In this document: positions 14,641 through 20,249 of the stretch, piece after piece
How positions within the stretch are numbered: position 1 is the stretch's first letter
How the letters are laid out: the number at the start of each line of letters is the position of its first letter
NCBI GenBank assembly: GCA_036003985.1
Contig: DASYRW010000313.1
Location: forward strand, 8,727-32,726
DNA length: 24,000 nucleotides
Direction: 5' to 3'
DNA from: Thermoplasmatota archaeon
Lineage (GTDB): Archaea > Thermoplasmatota > SW-10-69-26 > JACQPN01 > JAIVGT01
Notes under the pieces: generated by a model
The model's database searches: none
Told to the model about the DNA's origin: nothing
The model's input: only the letters and a program-made list of their open reading frames with translations
Made by a program: the position numbers and the translations under genes

Positions 14641-16602
14641 TCAGCAGGCGCACTTGTGTCCCGCGCCGTGGCTGTCCCCGCACCCGCAGCCACCAGCTGG
14701 GCTGCCGACTTTGAGCGACACGACCGCGCCGCCCGCGTTCTGCGCCGCGAAGGGGCTCACCGTCGGGAGCGCCGTCGAGGCCTTCAGCGGGTGCTCGATG
14801 GGGCGCCCGATGGCCTTCTCGTAGTGGTCGATGATGCGCCGCTTGTCCTCGAGGGCCAGCTCGCGCTTGTACTTCGTCTCGTAGTCGCGGATCTTGCCTT
14901 CCGCGGTGACGTACTGCGGGTTCTGCTTGGCCCACTCCTTGGGGTCCATGCTGTACTTGCGCTGCACGCGGTCGCGATACAGCTCGGGGATAACGTTGAA
15001 CGAGCAGAACGGCACGACGCGGCCATCGGGCATGGCGTAGTGGATGTCGCACCGCTCGACGCGGTCCACGTCGTAGTTGTACGGGTCCATGAAGTGCATC
15101 ATGCCGATGAACAGGCTGTTGTAGTGGAACGCGCGCAGGCCGTCGTAGTCGCCCTTGACGAAGGCGTCGAAGAGCATCTTGCCCATGTCGAGGCCTTCCG
15201 GCATCTTGGCCTTGTCCACGAAGGTGTCGAGCTTCCACACCAGCTTGCCCAGCGCGGCAGCGCGCGCGAGGTTGCGGTGCTTCGCGGCGGTGATCTCGTC
15301 GGCGCTCTCCTCGAGGAACTCGAGCATGCCCTCGATGTCCACGAAGCGCGAGATGGGCACGAGCTTCCCACTCGGGGTCTTGAACACGTACGTGCCGACG
15401 CCGCAGCTGAAGTGGATCGAGAGGTTGTAGGTCTGCTTGCCCTTCATCGCCTCGACGAACTTGCTCACCTTCACGCTGATCGGGACGGTGAAGAAGTCGC
15501 GCTTGGCGATCTCCCCGTTGGTCTGCTCCTCGATCTTCTGGCACGCGCCGGGGATCGTGATGCGCTGGCGCTCGCGGAGCTTGTCGGGCATGCGGCCCAC
15601 CAGGCTCACGGGCTGGAAGTTCACGGCCCTGACGATGTCGAGGTTCGCGGCGCCGAACCTGATGATGTCGCCCAGCTCGTGGTCGTTCACGCCGCCGATG
15701 ACGGTCGGCACCAGCACGACCCCGATGGGCGCGCGCCGCGCCGCGTCCAGCGCGGCGGGCATCTCCCAGAAGTTCTTGGGGTTCGTCTTGGGCGTGACGC
15801 CGTCGAAGCTGAGGTAGAACACGTTGGCGCCGGCCTCGCGCGACTTGCGGGCGATGTCGGGATCTTTGGAGATGTTCACGCCGTTGGTGTTCAGCTGGAC
15901 GTGGTCGTAGCCCTCCTCGCGGGCGATCTTGATGATGTCCACGAGGTCGAGCCTGCCTGTGGGCTCGCCGCCCGTGATTTGCACGCAGTTGGCGCCCGTG
16001 GGCTTCTCGTTCTTCATGGCGCGCAGCATCATGCGGATCTGGTCCTGGGACGGCTCGTAGAGAGGCTCGCCCTCCTTCGCGTAGAAGAAGCAGTACCAAC
16101 AGGAGAGGTCGCAGCGGTTGGTGATGACGATGTTGCCGAGGCCGGTGTGGGACTTGTGCTTGGGGCACAGGCCGCACATCTTGGGGCAGTCGATGTCCTG
16201 CTCCTTGACGTTGCCGAACACGTGGGCCGTCTCGAGGTGGTTCGCGAAGTCCGCCGCGACGCGGGCTTCCTTGAACATGTTGTAGTCTTCCCAATACTTG
16301 TCCCACACGAAGCCGTGCTCCTCGCACCGCTTCACGAGCTTGACCTGGTTGCCTTCCTCGAAGATCACGGCAGTGACCTTCATCTTCGCGAACTTCTCCT
16401 CGTCCACGCAGTAGGGGCAGAGGGACTTGGTGACGCGGATGACGGTGACGTTCTCCTTGCCGGCAAGGAGCTCGCCGATGAGCTGCTTCACCTGCTCGGG
16501 GCTTTCTTTGACGTTGTGCGAGATCTCGAAGGGGATCTCGGCCTTCGAGCCGGGGCTCCGGAAGGTCGCGTTGGGCGCAAGCTGCTCGACGCGGGCTGCC
16601 AT
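14641..16602 (-). CDS. tes: radical SAM enzyme, tetraether lipid synthase (Tes / GDGT-MAS, COG1964-type) family candidate
   Basis: 653 aa from the ATG at 16602, with GGAGG 8 nt upstream; the track start at 16617 is a TTG. N-terminal Cys pairs CPYC...RCEEH, an auxiliary motif CPKMCGLCPKH, the radical SAM motif NRCDLSCWYCFF (Cx3Cx2C), then GGEPT, LNTNG, FYLSFDG and the C-terminal CDIHYAMPDGRVVPFCSFN. This architecture fits my recollection of the Tes/GDGT-MAS family. Confidence in the radical SAM call is about 0.95; the Tes call needs a homology search. Confidence 0.75.
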   Translation of the reverse strand: MAARVEQLAPNATFRSPGSKAEIPFEISHNVKESPEQVKQLIGELLAGKENVTVIRVTKSLCPYCVDEEKFAKMKVTAVIFEEGNQVKLVKRCEEHGFVWDKYWEDYNMFKEARVAADFANHLETAHVFGNVKEQDIDCPKMCGLCPKHKSHTGLGNIVITNRCDLSCWYCFFYAKEGEPLYEPSQDQIRMMLRAMKNEKPTGANCVQITGGEPTGRLDLVDIIKIAREEGYDHVQLNTNGVNISKDPDIARKSREAGANVFYLSFDGVTPKTNPKNFWEMPAALDAARRAPIGVVLVPTVIGGVNDHELGDIIRFGAANLDIVRAVNFQPVSLVGRMPDKLRERQRITIPGACQKIEEQTNGEIAKRDFFTVPISVKVSKFVEAMKGKQTYNLSIHFSCGVGTYVFKTPSGKLVPISRFVDIEGMLEFLEESADEITAAKHRNLARAAALGKLVWKLDTFVDKAKMPEGLDMGKMLFDAFVKGDYDGLRAFHYNSLFIGMMHFMDPYNYDVDRVERCDIHYAMPDGRVVPFCSFNVIPELYRDRVQRKYSMDPKEWAKQNPQYVTAEGKIRDYETKYKRELALEDKRRIIDHYEKAIGRPIEHPLKASTALPTVSPFAAQNAGGAVVSLKVGSPAGGCGCGDSHGAGHKCAC

Positions 16603-16619
16603 ACGAGGAACCTCCAAGC

Positions 16620-16643
16620 AACTTTCAGCAAGTTCTGAAAGTT
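16620..16643. promoter_or_regulatory. perfect 9-bp inverted repeat AACTTTCAG-N6-CTGAAAGTT, candidate operator
   Basis: Lies in the 90-nt divergent intergenic region between the tes-like gene (ATG 16602) and the GbsR/MarR-like gene. It sits 18 nt upstream of the tes ATG, downstream of the TATA-like boxes at 16650-16673, so it would cover the expected tes transcription start. Confidence 0.45.
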
Positions 16644-16649
16644 TGGAAC

Positions 16650-16673
16650 GCTTATCAAGGATGACGCATATAG
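16650..16673. promoter_or_regulatory. AT-rich TATA-like boxes (GCTTATCAAGG, CATATAG) of the divergent tes / GbsR-like promoters
   Basis: These are the only AT-rich elements between the two start codons. Their spacing to TTG 16684 and ATG 16693 (plus) and to the IR/SD/ATG 16602 (minus) is compatible with archaeal TATA-to-start distances. Confidence 0.4.
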
Positions 16674-16692
16674 CCCTTTCGAGTTGCGGGCG

Positions 16693-17247
16693 ATGACGGG
16701 TTCAACTCAAGCCGAGCGGAAAGCCAAAGCAACTAGCACGGCCAGCAAGGCCGCGCCCGCGGAAATCAAGGACAAACTGTACAGCAGCTTCGCCAACGTC
16801 GCGGCGCTCATGGGCTACAGCGAGGTCCACGGCCGCATCATCGCCGCGTTGACCGCGGACGGCGGCCCCGTGTCGCTCGGCGACCTCGCCAAAGAGACCG
16901 GCTACAGCCTCAGCAGCATCTCCACCAGCCTCGACTTGCTGGAGGTGCTCGGCATGGTCCGCAAGGTCAAGGTCGCGGGCGACCGGCGCGTCTTCGTCCA
17001 GCTCGACGGCGACTTGCTCGAGGGCATGAAGCGCGCCATCGTGATGAAGGGCCAGAAGGGCGTCGAGAACGCGTTCAAGGAGTTCACCAAGTACGAGGCC
17101 GCGCTGGCCACCATGCCCGAGAGCGACGACCGAGCGAAGATCGCCAACGTCCTCGCGACGCTGCGCAGCGAGCTGGAGCGGCTGCAGGCGTACCTCGAGC
17201 TGCTGGGCGCGATCCAGCTGCCGAGGGAGCCGCCGGTGCGGCGGTAG
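16693..17247 (+). CDS. GbsR/MarR-like winged-helix transcriptional regulator
   Basis: 187-aa track ORF. The core YSSFANVAALMGYSEVHGRIIAALTADGGPVSLGDLAKETGYSLSSISTSLDLLEVLGMVRKV matches the GbsR (COG1510) style wHTH. ATG at 16693; the alternative TTG at 16684 lies 26 nt from the CTTATCAA box. Divergent from the tes-like gene. Confidence 0.8.
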   Translation: MTGSTQAERKAKATSTASKAAPAEIKDKLYSSFANVAALMGYSEVHGRIIAALTADGGPVSLGDLAKETGYSLSSISTSLDLLEVLGMVRKVKVAGDRRVFVQLDGDLLEGMKRAIVMKGQKGVENAFKEFTKYEAALATMPESDDRAKIANVLATLRSELERLQAYLELLGAIQLPREPPVRR

Positions 17248-17304
17248 CGGCCTCGATGTACGGTCAAGGAATCGCGCCACGCACGGTCTGCCTTGGCCAG
17301 GTCG

Positions 17305-18142
17305 CGCACGGGAAAGGTCGGCCCGCCCCCGGGAGGCGATGTGGGCGGCGGGCCGCGGCAAGAGCAGCAGAAAGGTGAAAGGCACCGCGCCGGTCAGGAC
17401 GCCGGGCGAACCCTTGCGGGTTCCTTCGGCGCTCCGCCGGTCCTCCGTCAGGTCGAGGCTTGCGCCTCGTCCAGACCCGGGCCCTCTCGAGCCCGGCACG
17501 CTCCCCCTTGCGAGGGTGCGGGCCGCTTGCGCGGCGGACCGGGTGTCCGACCGTTTTGGCGCTGGGTCGCGCCCCGCCTCGCGGCGGTGGCGACATCCGT
17601 GCGCGGCGGCGTGCGCTTGCGCGCGCGTCGCCGGTCGTGCGTGCACGGGCTTGCGCCCGTGGCGAGGGCGTTCGACCTCGCGAGCCCTTGCGGGCCCGCG
17701 GGCGTTCCCGGCGCAGGGACCTTGCGCCTCGGATCCTCGCGAGGATCCTGGGATCTGCACGAGAGCTTGCGCTCCCGGTCTGTCTGCCGAGGTCCCGGCA
17801 CTCCGCGATGGGATGCGTCGTGCCGCTGGTTGCCCCCACCGAAATCCAGGTAATGAGCCTGGTCCCGGCGGTTGGCTGGCATTCCCTGCTTCGGCCCCGC
17901 GAGGGGCCTACCGCGTTTCGCGTTGCCTGCGGTCGCCGCGGGGATCAGCCGCGACTTGCGGTGCTTGCGCACCGCCAGGGTCGTCCTCGCGCCGCACGTG
18001 TCCCAGGGGCGCCGCCCGTCGGCGGGGCCTTCCTCCTCGCGGAGGTCCCGCGGCTCCCTCGCGGGAGTCGCGTCCCGGGCGCGCGGTTCGGGCGCACCTT
18101 GCGCCCCTTCCGGCGCGGTGTTTGTTACAATCCGGTGCGGGG
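17305..18142 (-). ncRNA. candidate large structured RNA (unknown family); alternatively an array of palindromic repeat elements
   Basis: No credible CDS. At least 17 short GC hairpins. 12 copies of CTTGCG and several C-TCGC-G loops read as GCAA/GCGA GNRA tetraloops on the minus strand. An AT-rich TTATTTTA element lies at 18167-18175 (minus sense) about 25 nt upstream of the proposed 5' end. A pyrimidine-rich tract (minus sense, 17358-17382) followed by an 8-bp GC hairpin (17320-17354) lies near the proposed 3' end. Ends and strand are inferred, not demonstrated. Confidence 0.35.
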
Positions 18143-18258
18143 GCTTGAGGCTGCCGGCGGCAACGCTAAAATAATGGGAAACGAAGCGCCGCGCACTTTA
18201 TGGCAGCGCGCTTCCGCTGGAACGCGAAGCTTCATGGCAGGTGCGGTTCGTCTGAACC

Positions 18259-18648
18259 TCAGAGCGGGTTCGGCGCGGTCGGCGCGCCCGCGACGAGGCG
18301 CGCGTTGGCCTCGAGGCGCTCGGCCTCGGTACACACCTGCCACTTCTCGCCCCACGCCTTCATCACGTGGAACACCTGCTCGAGCTCCTCGCCCTTGGGG
18401 GTCAGCGAGTACTCGACGCGGATGGGGCTCTCGCTGTGCACGCGGCGCGCGACGAGCTGGCGCTGCTCCAGGTGCTGCAGGCTCTCGCTCAGCACCTTGG
18501 CGCTGATGCCGCGCACGCTGCGGCGGAGCTCGTTGAAGCCGCGCGGGCCCTTGGTGAGCTCGTGGAGGATGATCAGGTACCACTTCTTGCCGATGATCTT
18601 GATCGTCTCGGTCACCGGGCAGAGGTCGGCGCGGCCGCCGTGCGCCAT
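18259..18648 (-). CDS. HxlR-family winged-helix transcriptional regulator
   Basis: 3' part of track ORF 18259..18840: MAHGGRADLCPVTETIKIIGKKWYLIILHELTKGPRGFNELRRSVRGISAKVLSESLQHLEQRQLVARRV...RVEYSLTPKGEEL, the canonical HxlR pattern. I prefer the ATG at 18648. Codons between 18705 and 18649 (TTG GAT GGT AAC TTA GTC CCT) are unlike the GC3-rich genes here. Confidence 0.85.
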   Translation of the reverse strand: MAHGGRADLCPVTETIKIIGKKWYLIILHELTKGPRGFNELRRSVRGISAKVLSESLQHLEQRQLVARRVHSESPIRVEYSLTPKGEELEQVFHVMKAWGEKWQVCTEAERLEANARLVAGAPTAPNPL

Positions 18649-18722
18649 CGCGGCGCCGACCGCAGTGAGGTCGTTCACGCCAGGGACTAAGTTACCATCC
18701 AACATAAAGTTTCGTTCCGTAA

Positions 18723-18739
18723 CTTCAGGTTGTCTGAAG
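18723..18739. promoter_or_regulatory. inverted repeat CTTCAG-N5-CTGAAG upstream of the HxlR gene, related to the tes operator candidate
   Basis: AACTTCAGgttgtCTGAAGG shares the AACTT(T)CAG ... CTGAA(A)G half-sites with 16620-16643. Confidence 0.3.
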
Positions 18740-18808
18740 GCTGCCCTTCCCCGGCCACGGTGCTTCCCGCCTGGCCTCTCCCCAGGGGCGCGTGGCTCGG
18801 TCGAGGCA

Positions 18809-18835
18809 AACTTATTATATTTCATTAGTTTATGT
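18809..18835. promoter_or_regulatory. AT-rich block (AAACTTATTATATTTCATTAGTTTATG) carrying promoter box(es) for the basic-tail protein gene and possibly the divergent HxlR gene
   Basis: The longest AT-rich run in the window. TAGTTTATG ends about 20 nt upstream of the ATG at 18854. Confidence 0.45.
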
Positions 18836-18853
18836 CCCAAACCAGGGTCCCGG

Positions 18854-19294
18854 ATGGCTACGGATTTCGTTGAATCGAAGCCCCTTCATAAGGTGCCCTT
18901 CAAATCGGGGAAGGACATCCTGGAAACCCAATATAAGAGCGGCCGCTCCGTCCTCGAGCGCTCCGACTGGGCCCGCGCGTCCTTCGACAGCCTCCGGCGC
19001 CGCTTCGTCCATGTGCCCGAGGAGCAGCTCGTGCGGCTCTTCCACAACAAGACCCAGTCGCAGTTGGAGATGATCCAGGGCGACGCGGTCTTCCTCGAGT
19101 ACAACGCCACGCACCCCATCGGCCGGCGCCGCGTCAAGGTCCGGCGGAAGCTCGCGCCCCTCGCCGCGCCGAAGGTGGCCGCACCGGCGAAGCGCGCGGC
19201 CCCGCCGAAGCCCGCCAAGGCGAAGGCGAAGCCCAAGGCGCGGCCCGCCCCGAAGCCCCGCAAGGCCTCGGCGGCGAAGCGCCGGAAGCGCTGA
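18854..19294 (+). CDS. hypothetical protein with a Lys/Ala/Pro-rich, histone-H1/AlgP-like basic C-terminal tail
   Basis: Internal ATG of track ORF 18200..19294: MATDFVESKPLHKVPFKSGKDILETQYKSGRSVLERSDWARASFDSLRRRFVHVPEEQLVRLFHNKTQSQLEMIQGDAVFLEYNATHPIGRRRVKVRRKLAPLAAPKVAAPAKRAAPPKPAKAKAKPKARPAPKPRKASAAKRRKR. An AT-rich block at 18809-18835 lies about 20-40 nt upstream. Confidence 0.7.
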   Translation: MATDFVESKPLHKVPFKSGKDILETQYKSGRSVLERSDWARASFDSLRRRFVHVPEEQLVRLFHNKTQSQLEMIQGDAVFLEYNATHPIGRRRVKVRRKLAPLAAPKVAAPAKRAAPPKPAKAKAKPKARPAPKPRKASAAKRRKR

Positions 19295-19336
19295 TGGCGC
19301 GGCCTTTATCCTGCTGGGCTCCCTCCTGAGATCGAG

Positions 19337-20188
19337 ATGGAGAAGGCGCGGGCTCTCGTCGAGGCATTCGAGGCGCTCCGCGACCGCCTCAAGATCAACC
19401 TGCTCTTGGTCGTGACCGACCAGTCCGAGCTGGTCGATCTGTGCCTCCAGCGCAGCCCGGTGCCCGTGATCCTCGCCACGAGCGACGAGGGGCTCCGGCG
19501 CCGCTACGCGGGCAAGGTCAAGGCGTCGCTCCCGTTCCCCGGGGGCGTCCGCAGCACCGTCAGCGCGTTGAACCAGCTCAACGACCTGCTGCTCCAGACC
19601 TACCTCGAGGGCGCGCTGCAGCTGAGCGACAACGTGCTCGTGCTGGCGAGCCACGGCGAGGCCATCGACGCCATCGTGGTCTTCGACGTGGACAAGGACC
19701 TGGAGCTCGCGCGGCTGCGCTCGCAGTTGGAGGACTCGGCGAACCTCAAGGTGGTGGAGCGCGTGATCGCGCTCGCGAGCGAGCTGGCGCGCGAGGGCCG
19801 GGAAGGCCACCGCGTGGGGGCGATCTTCGTGGTGGGCGACAGCGGCAAGGTGCTCGAGCACTCGCGGCCCCTCGTCATCAACCCCTTCGCGGGCCACCCG
19901 GAGAAGGAGCGCAACATCCTCCAGGACAAGAACTGGGAGACCGCGAAGGAGTTCAGCCGCCTCGACGGCGCGTTCGTCGTGCGCAGCGACGGCGTGATCG
20001 AGGCCGCCGGGCGCTACTTGGAGACCGACAAGGGCATCGAGCTGCCCTCGGGCCTCGGGGGCCGCCACCTCGCGGCGGCGAGCATCACCAAGAAGACCAA
20101 CAGCGTCGCGGTCACGGTGAGCACGAGCGGCGTGATCCGCGTCTTCCGCGATGGTCGCATCGTGGTGGTCCTGGGCCGCCACGCATGA
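19337..20188 (+). CDS. dacZ: diadenylate cyclase, archaeal DacZ type (N-terminal PK_C-like domain plus DAC domain)
   Basis: 283 aa. The C-terminal DAC-domain motifs are GAIFVVGD, LDGAFVV (DGA motif), GLGGRHLAAASIT (RHxAA motif) and VAVTVSTSGVIRVF. The roughly 130-aa N-terminal regulatory-like domain is as in DacZ. A CTTTATCC box at 19304-19311 lies about 25 nt upstream of the ATG. Confidence 0.88.
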   Translation: MEKARALVEAFEALRDRLKINLLLVVTDQSELVDLCLQRSPVPVILATSDEGLRRRYAGKVKASLPFPGGVRSTVSALNQLNDLLLQTYLEGALQLSDNVLVLASHGEAIDAIVVFDVDKDLELARLRSQLEDSANLKVVERVIALASELAREGREGHRVGAIFVVGDSGKVLEHSRPLVINPFAGHPEKERNILQDKNWETAKEFSRLDGAFVVRSDGVIEAAGRYLETDKGIELPSGLGGRHLAAASITKKTNSVAVTVSTSGVIRVFRDGRIVVVLGRHA

Positions 20189-20249
20189 ACGCGTTCGATC
20201 GCGGCCCCAGCACCGATTTATAGGCCCGAGAGGTTAAAATGCCGGGCCC

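Noticed and set aside
17400-18110. CRISPR array or tandem repeat as the explanation for the recurring CTTGCG hairpins.
   Set aside because: There is no constant repeat of 24-40 nt and no regular repeat-spacer period; spacings between motifs are 9 to 189 nt. Stems differ in sequence and only the loop and closing pair recur. No cas genes are present in the window.
17300-18150. Identity of the structured region as RNase P RNA or SRP (7S) RNA. I noticed GGGAAAGGTCGG (17310-17321, reminiscent of the GAGGAAAGUCC CR-I element), AAGGTGAAAGGCACCGCGC (17371-17389), CCAGGTAATGAGCCTGG (17846-17862, like the bacterial P9-region hairpin) and, on the minus strand, GCCGGAAGGGGCGCAAGG (like the SRP helix 8 apex).
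   Set aside because: The matches are imperfect and occur in the wrong order and spacing for RNase P on either strand. I could not find the ACAGAA...GGCUUA (CR-V) element or the SRP helix-8 AGCA/GGAA loop geometry. The region is also about 2-3 times longer than those RNAs. Only a covariance-model search can exclude them formally.
17264-18506. Protein-coding interpretation of the ORFs inside the hairpin-rich gap (17264..17839-, 17293..17853+, 17339..18148+, 17448..17972-, 17460..18506+, 17872..18174+).
   Set aside because: These ORFs mutually overlap in several frames and give extremely basic, low-complexity products. They have frequent T-ending codons, unlike genuine genes here. No promoter box or SD sits at a sensible distance from any of their starts. 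One of them runs antisense into the HxlR gene.
18649-18840. Longer versions of the HxlR gene starting at 18840 or at the ATG at 18705.
   Set aside because: HxlR proteins normally start about 5-15 residues before the CPV motif. The extra codons include TTG GAT GGT AAC TTA GTC CCT and AT-rich promoter-like sequence, unlike the GC3-rich coding regions here.
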